Source: Nitrospirota bacterium (GTDB taxonomy: Bacteria; Nitrospirota; UBA9217). From it: 64,000 bases of DNA. Numbering within the stretch: the first letter of the stretch is position 1; each line of letters starts with the position of its first letter. The position numbers and the translations under genes were made by a program. The DNA is taken from positions 145,777-209,776 of the forward strand of contig CAWGYL010000001.1 in assembly GCA_963826885.1 (NCBI GenBank), read 5' to 3'. Of this stretch, positions 29,479 through 39,525 are shown piece by piece. The notes under the pieces were generated by a model. The model searched no databases and was not told the DNA's origin. It was given only the letters and a program-made list of their open reading frames with translations.

Positions 29479-30698
29479 AACAGATCGTCTGTGACGTCCT
29501 CGTGATCGGAGGAGGAGTTGCCGGAACGCTGGCTGCTGTTGCGGCGGCCCGCGTCGGTGCACGCACCTTGCTTGCTGAGAGGGAAACATACCTTGGCGGC
29601 ACGGGGTACGCGGGATTGCTTCAGCATATTTGCGGTCTTTATCTGAATGGGGACGCAGTTCCTGCTGATACCCTGAACAAAGGGTTGGTGCGTGAAGTCG
29701 CTGCCCTGTTGCTGAGGTACTCTCCGAAAACGGGAATACAAAAAATCGGAAAAGTTTATGTGCTTCCTTATGAACGCGAGGGGCTCCGGATAGTTCTGGA
29801 AACACTATGCAGAAATGAAAACCGGCTAATGGTGATGCGGGAAAACGCTGTGGAATCGGTAGAGAGACAGGGCTCGGATATTAGGAGGGTTGTGACTATA
29901 TCCGCCGGAGTTCGCACCGTTCTCGAGTCGGCGGTGGTTGTCGACTGCTCGGGAAATGGGGAGGCAGCCGCTCTGGCAGGTGCTGAGTCCGATCTTGCGA
30001 TTGAACATGAACGTCAGCTTGCCGGGTATGTAATACAGATAAAAGGATTGCATGATGCCGATGAAACACTTTCAGTAAAAGTACCCTATTATATAGCCCG
30101 AGCGGTGAACGAAGGCAGGCTGTCTTATTCCGCGAAATTTACGACGTTTTCTCTGGGCGCTAATCCCGGGGAAGGTTATTGCAAGATGAGCGTTGAAGGA
30201 GAGAAAAGCCCGGAGCGTGAAAGCCTCGCAAAAAGAGATGCCTCATCCATCCATGCCATGCTCGCCGAAGCACTGACTGCATTTAACAAATCATGGATTG
30301 CCGATAGCTCTCTGAGCGTGGTCGATCGTGAAGGGAGAAGAATCAAGGGCGATTATATTCTGACGCGGGAAGATGTACTGCAGGCCAGAAAATTTGCCGA
30401 CAGTGTGGTGAAAAATGCCTGGCCCATCGAACTTTGGAACAAGGAGAAAGGGACGTTATACGAATACATTCCCGAGGGCAATTACTATGAGATCCCCTTC
30501 AGGTGCCTGATGGTCAAGGGGATATCGAATCTTCTGACAGCAGGCCGATGTATTTCCGTAACGCATGAAGCGCTCGGCTCAACTCGCGTCATGGGGACCT
30601 GTATGGCATTGGGAGAACAGGCAGGGCGAGCAGCTGCTTACAGGGCATTAAACGGGACCTATCCTACCGACATAAAATCGTTTTCTGGCAACAGATAA
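29475..30698 (+). CDS. FAD-dependent oxidoreductase (FAD_oxidored family)
   Basis: DVLVIGGGVAG, DCSGNG, REGRRIKG, YEIPFRCL, AGRCIS...RVMGTCMALGEQAG. Confidence 0.85.
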   Translation: MKQIVCDVLVIGGGVAGTLAAVAAARVGARTLLAERETYLGGTGYAGLLQHICGLYLNGDAVPADTLNKGLVREVAALLLRYSPKTGIQKIGKVYVLPYEREGLRIVLETLCRNENRLMVMRENAVESVERQGSDIRRVVTISAGVRTVLESAVVVDCSGNGEAAALAGAESDLAIEHERQLAGYVIQIKGLHDADETLSVKVPYYIARAVNEGRLSYSAKFTTFSLGANPGEGYCKMSVEGEKSPERESLAKRDASSIHAMLAEALTAFNKSWIADSSLSVVDREGRRIKGDYILTREDVLQARKFADSVVKNAWPIELWNKEKGTLYEYIPEGNYYEIPFRCLMVKGISNLLTAGRCISVTHEALGSTRVMGTCMALGEQAGRAAAYRALNGTYPTDIKSFSGNR

Positions 30699-30716
30699 AA
30701 GAGAAAGGGGTTGCGC

Positions 30717-32174
30717 ATGCGTATTCTCCTCGTTAAACCGAATCCTCAGCTCCTCGTGGCCAAAAGGCTTCAGGAAGGTTTCCTGCATCTCGAACCGTTG
30801 GAACTTGAAATGGTCGCGGCCGGGGTGCCGACGGAAGATGAGGTCATTATCCAGGACCTGAGCTTCGAGAAAGACCCAGTCCGGGGCTTTGAGAAAAAAG
30901 TCCGCCGCTTTGATCCGCAAATCGTCGGATTCACCGGCTACAGCTCCCAGTCTGGAATGGTCAAGCGCCTCGCGGCGCTGACGAAGAAGATCAACCCGAA
31001 GATCGTTACGGTTGTCGGAGGCACACATGCAACGATCGTACCGGCGGACTATGCCATAAACGGCGAGGGCATTGATATAGTCGTGCGCGGTGAGGGAGGC
31101 ACGGCCTTCGCTGAAATCGTGAAACGCTACAAAAACGACGCAACGCTCGCTTTCGGCGACAACGTCCTGTCCCCCCGGGCCTCGGACTTCGCGGAAAAGG
31201 CGGCCGGCCCACCGCCCGAGTTCCCTCCGGTGGACCAGATTCCGCGTGCCCGGAGGGAACTGGTTGACCGTTCTCGATACTTCTGCGTCTGGACCTCTAG
31301 CACGGAGAAGAAACTCGACACGATATTCCCACGCATGGCGAGCATGCGCACATCCACGGGATGTGCTTATTCCTGCTCTTTTTGCGTGGTGCACTACATG
31401 ATGCGCGGAAAATACCTCCAGCGTCAGCCTGAAGACGTGGTTGACGAAATCTCGAAGATCCCCGAGGATCATATCTACTTCGTCGATGATGAAACGTTTC
31501 TGAACAGGGACCGATTGACGAAGATTGCGAACCTGCTTATCGAAAAAGGGATCAAGAAGAAGTATATCAGCTGGGCTCGGGCAGACACCATTGTCAAGTA
31601 TCCCGATCTTTTCAGACTCTGGAAACAGGTCGGCTTGAGCGTCGTTTACGTTGGCCTTGAAGCCATGGTAGGGTCGCGGCTAGATAAATACAAAAAACGC
31701 ACGAATGTCGACACAAACCGGAAAGCCGTCGAGCTTCTCAAGGAAATCGGCATCACGCTGCATGCGAGCTTCATGGTAGATCCGGACTTCTCGGTCCAAG
31801 ATTTCCGCGATCTGGAAGTGGAAATCATAAAAGTTTGTCCCGCGGAAGTTTCGTTTACGGTCTTTTCACCGTCGCCGGGAACGGATCTCTGGAAAGAGCA
31901 CAAGGACGATTATATCGTTGATCCCTACCTGTATTACGATTGCATGCATACGATTCTGCCGACGAAGCTCGACATGAAACTGTTCTATGCGCACTTCGCG
32001 AAGCTGTCCCGTGTCGCTCTGCAGGCGAACCCGCTCAGGGTGAACAAGGTGAAGGTGCCATTCCGGGAGATGGTGAAGATCATTTATCTGGGGACCCGGT
32101 ATATTTTCTCGATGAGGAACATTCATAAAGACTATTCGTCGAACGGCGCATCGGGAAAAGCGTTCAAGACATGA
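30717..32174 (+). CDS. Cobalamin-dependent radical SAM protein
   Basis: EPLELE, VVGGTHAT, VRGEG, TGCAYSCSFC, YFVDD, SPSPGT. Confidence 0.9.
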   Translation: MRILLVKPNPQLLVAKRLQEGFLHLEPLELEMVAAGVPTEDEVIIQDLSFEKDPVRGFEKKVRRFDPQIVGFTGYSSQSGMVKRLAALTKKINPKIVTVVGGTHATIVPADYAINGEGIDIVVRGEGGTAFAEIVKRYKNDATLAFGDNVLSPRASDFAEKAAGPPPEFPPVDQIPRARRELVDRSRYFCVWTSSTEKKLDTIFPRMASMRTSTGCAYSCSFCVVHYMMRGKYLQRQPEDVVDEISKIPEDHIYFVDDETFLNRDRLTKIANLLIEKGIKKKYISWARADTIVKYPDLFRLWKQVGLSVVYVGLEAMVGSRLDKYKKRTNVDTNRKAVELLKEIGITLHASFMVDPDFSVQDFRDLEVEIIKVCPAEVSFTVFSPSPGTDLWKEHKDDYIVDPYLYYDCMHTILPTKLDMKLFYAHFAKLSRVALQANPLRVNKVKVPFREMVKIIYLGTRYIFSMRNIHKDYSSNGASGKAFKT

Positions 32175-32236
32175 GGTTCAAGGAGAGTTGGATGAAATAT
32201 ACGCCTTTTTGTTAGAATTTCTTTCTTCAATAACGA

Positions 32237-33664
32237 ATGAACATATTTGAAATTATCAAGCGCGAAACCGAGCGGAGTGGCGATAAGATTGCCGTGATTG
32301 AAGGTGATGACCGGATTACCTACGGTCAATTGCTCTCCTCGGTTGAGACGGTCGCTGAGGCCTTGAGAAAACAGGGGGTGAGCCGGCTTCACCGTGTGGG
32401 TCTACTCTGCGAAGACAGTATCGATTATATCGTCGCGAGCCTTGCGATTTTGTCTCTATCGGCAGTAATTATCCCGATCCCGCCGGAACAGGCTGCAGAA
32501 GAGATCGAAACAGTCATCGACCGGATCGACGTTGACTTCCTCGTTGCCGAGCCGAGGCTGCGGCGGGGTGGATATAGTGCTCCCTTGCAGTCCCCGGGCT
32601 TTTTCAAGAAGGAATTCATGATTGTGAAGCGGACACCGAGAGAACGTCCAAAGGCCGAGTACTACAGGCTTAACCCGGCTTTCATTAGGTTCAGTTCAGG
32701 CACCACAGGAACGAGCAAGGGCGTCGTGCTTTCCCATGAAGCGATCATCGAGCGGACCGATGCTGCGGATAAGGGTCTGCAGATCACCTCAAAGGATACC
32801 GTGCTTTGGGTACTGTCCATGAGTTTTCATTTCGTTGTTACTATACTCCTGTTCCTCCGGAATGGCGCGACCATTGTGCTATGCGGCAACCGATTTCCCG
32901 AGGCTCTTATCGACGGGATTTCGAGAGAGAAGGGAACGTTCATTTACGCGTCACCCTTTCATTACAGCTTGCTTTCACGGACCGAAACGATTTCCGGCGA
33001 CGCACTGAAAAGTATCCGGCTGGCTGTTTCGACAGCCATGAAACTGCCGGAACAGATTGCTGGTGAGTTCCGGGAAAAATTCGGCTTTGAGCTGACCGAA
33101 GCCTATGGGATTATTGAAGTCGGCCTCCCATTCATCAGGCTTTCCGGGGGCAAAGAAAAACGCGGATCAGTGGGTAAACCGCTGCCCGATTACGAGATAA
33201 AACTCGACAAGAAGGATGCCGATGGTGTTGGGGAGATCCGCATCAGGGGGAAAGGCATGCTCGACGCCTATTATTCTCCGTGGCAGGGAAGAGATGACGT
33301 GCTCGCTGACGGCTGGTTCAGGACCGGTGATCTTGGCAAAATCGACAGTGATGGTTTTCTCTTCATCGTGGGCAGAGAAAAAGACGTGATCAACTTCGCG
33401 GGAATGAAGGTTTTTGCCCAGGAAGTCGAATCCGTGCTGAATCAGCACCCGCTGGTAAAGGAGTCACTGGTTTACGGTGCCGCACATTCCCTCTACGGGC
33501 AACTACCCATGGCGAAGATTGTACTGCGTGACGGCATTGAAAATCCCGATGTGAATGAGCTTAGCCGATTCTGTTATCAGCGGCTGGCGCAGTACAAGGT
33601 GCCCAAGGGCTTTGAGTTCATCGATCGTCTGGAAAAAACGGCGAGCGGGAAGATCAAGCGGTAG
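32237..33664 (+). CDS. Class I adenylate-forming enzyme (acyl-CoA/acyl-ACP ligase)
   Basis: FSSGTTGTSKG, EAYGIIE, FRTGDLG, TASGK. Confidence 0.92.
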   Translation: MNIFEIIKRETERSGDKIAVIEGDDRITYGQLLSSVETVAEALRKQGVSRLHRVGLLCEDSIDYIVASLAILSLSAVIIPIPPEQAAEEIETVIDRIDVDFLVAEPRLRRGGYSAPLQSPGFFKKEFMIVKRTPRERPKAEYYRLNPAFIRFSSGTTGTSKGVVLSHEAIIERTDAADKGLQITSKDTVLWVLSMSFHFVVTILLFLRNGATIVLCGNRFPEALIDGISREKGTFIYASPFHYSLLSRTETISGDALKSIRLAVSTAMKLPEQIAGEFREKFGFELTEAYGIIEVGLPFIRLSGGKEKRGSVGKPLPDYEIKLDKKDADGVGEIRIRGKGMLDAYYSPWQGRDDVLADGWFRTGDLGKIDSDGFLFIVGREKDVINFAGMKVFAQEVESVLNQHPLVKESLVYGAAHSLYGQLPMAKIVLRDGIENPDVNELSRFCYQRLAQYKVPKGFEFIDRLEKTASGKIKR

Positions 33665-33920
33665 GACTGCCGTCCATAGTTTCTCGGCGATTTACTGATC
33701 ACCGAAATCAGGCAATTTATGAGTGTCATCATCGTATAACGGCAAAGCTAAACAGCGACCGTCTTTTATGGTCTGCACATCATTTCATTGACAAATCATG
33801 CATTTTCTTGTATCTTGGGGTCGGTTTTTCGGTGCATCGAAGGTTAAGAAGAATCCATGCTGAATAGTTCGAGTCAGCGATGGAAAAAGCAGGGCGCTAC
33901 GGGATGAACGGAGTGCTGGA

Positions 33921-34617
33921 TTGATTCCTTTACGAGATATCAACCCCACAGAGCGCTTCGCAGTTGTCACCCGCATCCTGATCATTTTCAATGTCATTGT
34001 TTTTATTTATGAGTTAGCGCTGGGGAATGTCGCCGGCGAGGCGCTTGCATATGCTTTTGCGCTGGTGCCTGCAAATCTGCTTACTCACGCTCCACGAACG
34101 GCTCAGACAATCCCGGCAGTCGCAACCCTGTTTACTTCCATGTTTTTGCATGGTGGTCTTCTTCACCTTACTGGAAATATGCTTTACCTCTGGATCTTCG
34201 GTAACAATGTGGAAGATGCAATGGGAAAAATCCGCTTTGTCATTTTCTCCTTGTTCTGCGGCGTTGCCGCCGCGTCTGCTCATTCGTTGGCGAACAGGGA
34301 TTCAATGATTCCCAAGCTCGGCGCGCGGGGCAATCTCCGGGGTATTGGGAGCCTATCTGCTTCTATATCCTCGGGCTCGGGTGGTAACACTCGTATTTTT
34401 CGGTTTCTACATCAGGACCGTGGAAATATCAGCCATGGTCGTGCTCGGCTGCTGGTTCGTGCTCTAGTTCCTAAACGCCCTGATAGAGAGCGGTTCCCGC
34501 GGTGGCGTTGCCTGGTATGCTCATGTCGCCGGTTTCATAGCAGGCATTTTCCTGATCGGCCTCTTCAAACGGAAAGACGTCCCGTTCTGGAGAGGGAGGA
34601 GATCTGAATATCCATGA
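33921..34617 (+). pseudogene. Rhomboid intramembrane serine protease, inactivated
   Basis: IPLRD, SMFLHGG, GNMLYLWIFGNNVED. A 2-nt loss at ~34326 removes the catalytic Ser (GA[S]GAISG). The shifted frame has TAG at 34465, then GGVAWYAHVAGF. Confidence 0.85.
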
Positions 34618-35696
34618 TTGTTTCGTGCGATTGCGGCGCAAGGCTAAAAATTGACGAGATCAAGATCGCCGGCAGGCGCGTGACGATACGATGTCCGCGC
34701 TGCGGCAACGTTCTTCCTCTGAATCAGCCGGCGCCTGCCGTGCCCGCACCGACTGTAAAAAAAGCCACGCAGCCTCATCCATCCTCGAGCGGCATTCTTG
34801 TGCTGGTTGCCCATGATAGTGAGGTGGTCAGATACATGGTTGCTGGCGTCCTCACCGAAGCCGGTTTCCGAGTCGAGTTGGTTTCAAACGGTGTCGATGT
34901 GCTGAAAAAAGCTATCGAGCTCAGACCGCAGGGGCTGGTGCTCGATGTGGGCCTTCCGGGCATCTACGGGTTCGAATTATGCGAACGGCTGAAAGCCAAT
35001 CCTGTAACCAAGGATATAAAAATCATTCTTCTTTCCTCGGTATACGACCGGAGGCGATATAAGCGTACGCCGGACAACCTTTACGGTGCCGATGACTATA
35101 TTGAGAAACATCATATCCCGGATTTTCTGACGGTCAAACTGCACAATCTCATTTCGTCCCAGAAACCAGCCAGAATTGCTCCTCAACCGGCTGCGCCGCC
35201 GCGCCACGAACTTCCGGAAATGTCGCGTCCGCCAGCACGGGAATTTAAGCCGTCGCTGATCAGCCATGAGGCCGTACCCCGTGCTGATCGGGATTTTCGC
35301 GATTCGGCTCCGCAGAGTGCGACGGTTTCCCCTGTTGCGCGAGGAGAAAGTTCTGAAATGATGACGGTCATGCCGGAGTCGCTGAGCCTCGATGCATCAA
35401 TATTTCAAAAAGAGGAATGCGATATCCCTGGGGTCGACGAGGGAGATCCCGAAGCTCTTGAGAAAGCCCGTCGTTTTGCCAGGATTATCGTCTCCGATAT
35501 CGCTCTTTATAACCAGGAGGCGGTGATTGAAGGTATCAGGAACGGGACCTTTTTTGAGTTGTTGAAAAACGATGTGGAAGAAGGTCGTGAGCTCTTCGAA
35601 AAGCGGATTCCCGCGGCGATCCGAGCGAAGAAAGACTACTATCAAGAGGCTTTTGATAATTTTATTGGCGCTGCAAAAAGAAAGAAAGTTCGTTGA
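34614..35696 (+). CDS. Zinc-ribbon + receiver domain protein with a conserved C-terminal ARRFARIIVSDIALYN domain
   Basis: CDC..CPRC zinc ribbon; LDVGLPG receiver motif; Pro-rich linker. Confidence 0.8.
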   Translation: MIVSCDCGARLKIDEIKIAGRRVTIRCPRCGNVLPLNQPAPAVPAPTVKKATQPHPSSSGILVLVAHDSEVVRYMVAGVLTEAGFRVELVSNGVDVLKKAIELRPQGLVLDVGLPGIYGFELCERLKANPVTKDIKIILLSSVYDRRRYKRTPDNLYGADDYIEKHHIPDFLTVKLHNLISSQKPARIAPQPAAPPRHELPEMSRPPAREFKPSLISHEAVPRADRDFRDSAPQSATVSPVARGESSEMMTVMPESLSLDASIFQKEECDIPGVDEGDPEALEKARRFARIIVSDIALYNQEAVIEGIRNGTFFELLKNDVEEGRELFEKRIPAAIRAKKDYYQEAFDNFIGAAKRKKVR

Positions 35697-35721
35697 CATA
35701 CGATTTCAGTTCTAGTATAGT
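35693..35721 (+). promoter_or_regulatory. Sigma70 promoter of tRNA-Pro
   Basis: TTGACA-17 nt-TATAGT, ending 12 nt before the tRNA. Confidence 0.8.
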
Positions 35722-35732
35722 GTAAAAATTCG

Positions 35733-35810
<78 letters not shown>

Positions 35811-36009
35811 TTTCCCTCCTCCGCTTGAAATAAATGCTCAACCTCCCATGATTATTCTTAAATGAAAATAGCAGGAAGCGGGGGAAGGTGGAATTTACGA
35901 CTGTTGATCGAACAAGCAGCGTCGAAGACCGGGGATAGACGCACTACCTGTGATCAAGGACAACGGGGGCTTCGGTGCGGCCGCTATTTTTTTGTCCCAT
36001 GAGGTGTTC

Positions 36010-36972
36010 ATGATTGAAAGGGAGCGGTCAGTTGATGATTTGATGGGCGCCGAGCCCTATGGTGAAGAACAAGAGGAAAAAGAAGAAAGGGTAAACACCT
36101 CCGAAGACTCTTCTGTTGCCGCAACCGGTAGTGACGGACAGAAGGGCCTTGATGCCATCAAGTATTATCTCAAGGAAATACGGAAAACCCCCCTTCTCTC
36201 CTTTGAACAGGAACAGGAACTCGCGAAGCGGATAGAATCAGGCGATCTGGATGCCCGTTCAAAGATGATCGAGGCGAATCTGCGCCTCGTTGTCGCTATC
36301 GGCAAAAAGTACATCAATCGAGGTCTGCAGTTTTCCGACATTATAGAGGAAGGCAACCTGGGTTTGATCAGGGCAGTCGAGAAATTTCAGTATCAGCGCG
36401 GCTTCAAGTTCAGCACCTACGCTTCGTGGTGGATTAAACAAGCCATCGAGCGGGCAATCGTCAACCAGACGAGGACCATCCGCCTTCCTGTTCATATCGC
36501 CGAGATCGTAAATTCCTACATGCGTGCCACTCGCCAGCTCACCCAGTCCCTGGGGCGCGATCCGTCAATCGAAGAGATCGCCAAAAAAATGAAGGTCTCC
36601 GTTGAGAAGGTGAGGAGCATTTCGCAGGTAGTGCGTGAAACCTACTCGCTGGACATGCTGATCGGCGATCAGGAGGAAGATACCCTCAAGGATATTCTCC
36701 AGGATAGCAATGCTCTGTCGCCTGCCAGTGTTTCCGATGATATCCGTCGGCGCGAACATATCGATGAATGGCTTCAGCAGTTGTCGGTAAGCGAACGGAA
36801 GGTCATCGAGCTCCGCTTTGGCTTGAGCGACGGCGAACCCAAGACACTGGACAGCATCGGAAAAGAATTCGGGATCACGCGTGAACGCGTCCGGCAGATC
36901 GAAACGCAGGCACTTAATAAACTGCGGGCCATCACAAAACGGAAAAAGATAGATTTCGAAGGGATGCTGTAA
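36010..36972 (+). CDS. rpoS: Sigma70-family group 2 factor, RpoS-like
   Basis: [43 protein letters not shown]; lacks the RpoD region 1.1 and non-conserved region. Confidence 0.78.
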   Translation: MIERERSVDDLMGAEPYGEEQEEKEERVNTSEDSSVAATGSDGQKGLDAIKYYLKEIRKTPLLSFEQEQELAKRIESGDLDARSKMIEANLRLVVAIGKKYINRGLQFSDIIEEGNLGLIRAVEKFQYQRGFKFSTYASWWIKQAIERAIVNQTRTIRLPVHIAEIVNSYMRATRQLTQSLGRDPSIEEIAKKMKVSVEKVRSISQVVRETYSLDMLIGDQEEDTLKDILQDSNALSPASVSDDIRRREHIDEWLQQLSVSERKVIELRFGLSDGEPKTLDSIGKEFGITRERVRQIETQALNKLRAITKRKKIDFEGML

Positions 36973-37023
36973 AAAAAGCGGACTGAAGTTATTTTACGGT
37001 TTATAATAATTTCTAATACATCC

Positions 37024-37100
37024 GCCCCTGTAGCTCAGGTGGATAGAGCAGCGGTTTCCTAAACCGCGTGCCGGGTGTTCGAGTCACCCCAGGGGCACCA
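37024..37100 (+). tRNA. tRNA-Arg(CCT)
   Basis: 77-nt cloverleaf; anticodon arm GCGGT-TTCCTAA-ACCGC; encoded CCA. Confidence 0.97.
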
Positions 37101-37117
37101 TAAAATCAATTAGTTAC

Positions 37118-37146
37118 GGCCGATACAGGATTGTATCGGTCTTTTT
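37118..37146 (+). terminator. Intrinsic terminator after tRNA-Arg
   Basis: GGCCGATACA-GGAT-TGTATCGGTC + TTTTT. Confidence 0.8.
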
Positions 37147-37217
37147 ATTTTCAAAATTGCTACTCTTTTGCTACTTATATGTGACGTAATTTGCCAGAAA
37201 TCATTTAATTATCAACG

Positions 37218-37249
37218 TAGAGCTGCGGTTCTCTAAACCGCTTGTCGGG
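37218..37249 (+). repeat. Degenerate third copy of the tRNA-Arg anticodon arm
   Basis: 27/32 identity to 37044-37075. Confidence 0.7.
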
Positions 37250-37399
37250 CTTATTTCAATTGACGAGTCGCCTTTGTCTTATCATACAGTAAACGATTCG
37301 TAAAAATAACGACATCGAACGGTCGTTAATTATTCGTTGTTAAAACCATCGAATTACCGTTGGAAATGTCCGAGTACACTTACGTTGCGCACTTTTTGC

Positions 37400-37591
37400 T
37401 CTTTTTGGACCTTCGTGGCCGGAAACGATACGAACGGTATCAACAAGAACACTACACAAAGCGCCGTTGCGTCTCAATTGACCGTATTCGGAAGCAAGCT
37501 CTATGCGAAATGGCAGGAAGACAACAACCCCGCATTCTACACAACCCAGATTCGCGTGGCGGTTACAAAATCGGATACCGTCTCGCAGTAG
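37400..37591 (+). pseudogene. Fragment of a surface/beta-propeller repeat protein
   Basis: WTFVAGNDTNGINKNTTQSA..QLTVFGSKLYAKWQE..QIRVA looks like a single repeat unit; no plausible start. Confidence 0.35.
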
Positions 37592-37879
37592 TCGGTCGGC
37601 GCGCATGGGGCACTCACACCCACAGCCACGGTCGTCGGTTTGTCGAACCCGCCTATCGTAGGCAGCTATCAATTTAAAAAAGATACAATAAGAAATTTGA
37701 ACCGTTTGGAAACAAAACCTGATTCCGTTTTCCCTGGATTGGCGTGGTGCCTGTGGCTATGATTAGATCCCTGATTTTGAGAGATGGTAAAAAAGATGGG
37801 TATGATTCTGCTTGATAGATAAAAAGAAAATGCCGATTTTTTTAATCAGAAGAATGATTATTATTAATTTAGGTAAAAA

Positions 37880-39210
37880 CAGTAGTGTCCGGTTGTTACG
37901 TAAATAAATTCAGCTGGTTATCGTCGTGACATTCTGTTTCGTGATTGATAGCTTCGTTAACCACTTGAGAAATTGGTTTTTTCTCAAAGAGGTTGACCTC
38001 CAAAATCTGTAAAATTGTGTGGAGACTGCCGGGAAGATTCAATCGCTTCTTGACAATCGCCACAAGAAGATAAACGCTGACGGCAATCCATATCTGGGTC
38101 TTGACCGCATTGGGAGATGTTCCGAAGAACGACTTGATCCGCAGATGTTGTTTGATCCACTTGAAGAACAGTTCCACCTGCCAGCGTGAGCGATAAATAT
38201 CTGCGACGGTCTTGGCCGGGATAAGGAAGTTGTTCGTAAGAACTACCAGGCGCTTGTTTCGTTCGGCATCGTAATAACGTACTCGGCGAAAGGGATCTGG
38301 ATAAGACAAACGTGATTGATAGCCGAGGAGCATGACTGTCTGATCGGCTTGAACGCCGACTGTTTTGTCCACCGGGGCAGAGTAGATGCGACGCAGCCGC
38401 GTGTTGCTCTTGCTCTTGATGACAAAAAATGCTGACAGCTGATTGATTTGGTAGAGCCGTTCGAAATCGAGATAAGCGCGGTCCATCGTATAGACCGAAT
38501 CGGCTTCGAACGGAACGGCATCCATCATGTTGACATCGTGAACGCTCGCGGGAGTCACGAAAATAAAGGTCGGAATTGATCCCCGCACATTGAGTAGTGT
38601 GTGCACCTTGATCGCGGCTTTTGTCTTTCGAAACGTCGCCCATGGGAAGGTCGACAGGCAAAGATCGATGACGGTTGAATCCAAGGCATAGACTGCCAGT
38701 TGCAGATCCAGACCAAGGTCTTCGTCCTGATAGAGTTTGCTGGCTATGTTGATGAGCAAATAACCGAAGTCCTGATAAATGCGGAAGTCCCGAAGTTCGT
38801 TCGCGTCTGCCAGTGTTGACTTCGCGAGCTTCCCCCGGAATCCCATGTGATAGAGTTTCTCCTTGTGGGAGTTGAGGCACGTTATGATGTCTCGTAGGCT
38901 TTCGCGATAGGTCAGTTGAGCGAAGGCCATATAGAGAAATTGATCGAGACAAGAAAAGCTCCTGACTTTGTGATTGCCGTGATATCGAAGAACGCACTGG
39001 TTGAATTCGAATCGTGGTAAATGCTGAAGCAATTGAGCGAAGACAGTCTTTCCCGAATTCATTCTGAGACCTCCTCAGTTGGTATTGAGGAGGATTATAG
39101 GACGAATCGAGATAAATTGAGTTCAAATCAAAAAGTTGCATTTCGACCTTTATGTTTTTGTATTACAGAGAGTTATCGCACTTTTGAAAATCGATAACCG
39201 GACACTACTG
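37880..39210 (-). mobile_element. IS4-family insertion sequence
   Basis: Perfect 15-bp IRs CAGTAGTGTCCGGTT (37880-37894 / 39196-39210); flanks AGGTAAAAA / ATGTAAAAA (near-perfect 9-bp TSD). Confidence 0.92.
37896..39062 (-). CDS. IS4-family DDE transposase
   Basis: ALDST, MDRAY, YRSRWQVELFFKWIKQ (YREK motif). Confidence 0.95.
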   Translation of the reverse strand: MNSGKTVFAQLLQHLPRFEFNQCVLRYHGNHKVRSFSCLDQFLYMAFAQLTYRESLRDIITCLNSHKEKLYHMGFRGKLAKSTLADANELRDFRIYQDFGYLLINIASKLYQDEDLGLDLQLAVYALDSTVIDLCLSTFPWATFRKTKAAIKVHTLLNVRGSIPTFIFVTPASVHDVNMMDAVPFEADSVYTMDRAYLDFERLYQINQLSAFFVIKSKSNTRLRRIYSAPVDKTVGVQADQTVMLLGYQSRLSYPDPFRRVRYYDAERNKRLVVLTNNFLIPAKTVADIYRSRWQVELFFKWIKQHLRIKSFFGTSPNAVKTQIWIAVSVYLLVAIVKKRLNLPGSLHTILQILEVNLFEKKPISQVVNEAINHETECHDDNQLNLFT

Positions 39211-39525
39211 ATGTAAAAAACGAATTTAAAAACCAATTTAATCTATTCTATGGTGCACATTTCAACCAGAATATCGTACTATTTTCATATAGCTACCGTT
39301 CCATGATTGCGGAACCCGAAAACTGGGACCACAAAGAGAATGAATAATTCTGCTTGACGTTGTTAGTCAACACTCATTTCTGCAGTTCTTGTGGTTGCCA
39401 ATCTTTGGAATATATAAAGCTGAAATTGTTAATGCCTACTCCCCAAAAAAGACACAAGCGCAGAATGCTCTTGCATCCCTTTTTATTTTCCTGTAACATT
39501 CCCTTATTCATTCGCGCTGACTGCC

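Noticed and set aside
3805-33448. Numerous minus-strand and alternate-frame ORFs over the cluster (e.g. 3805-4677, 5950-6654, 30648-31472)
   Set aside because: Shadow ORFs of GC-rich genes with clear family motifs on the + strand.
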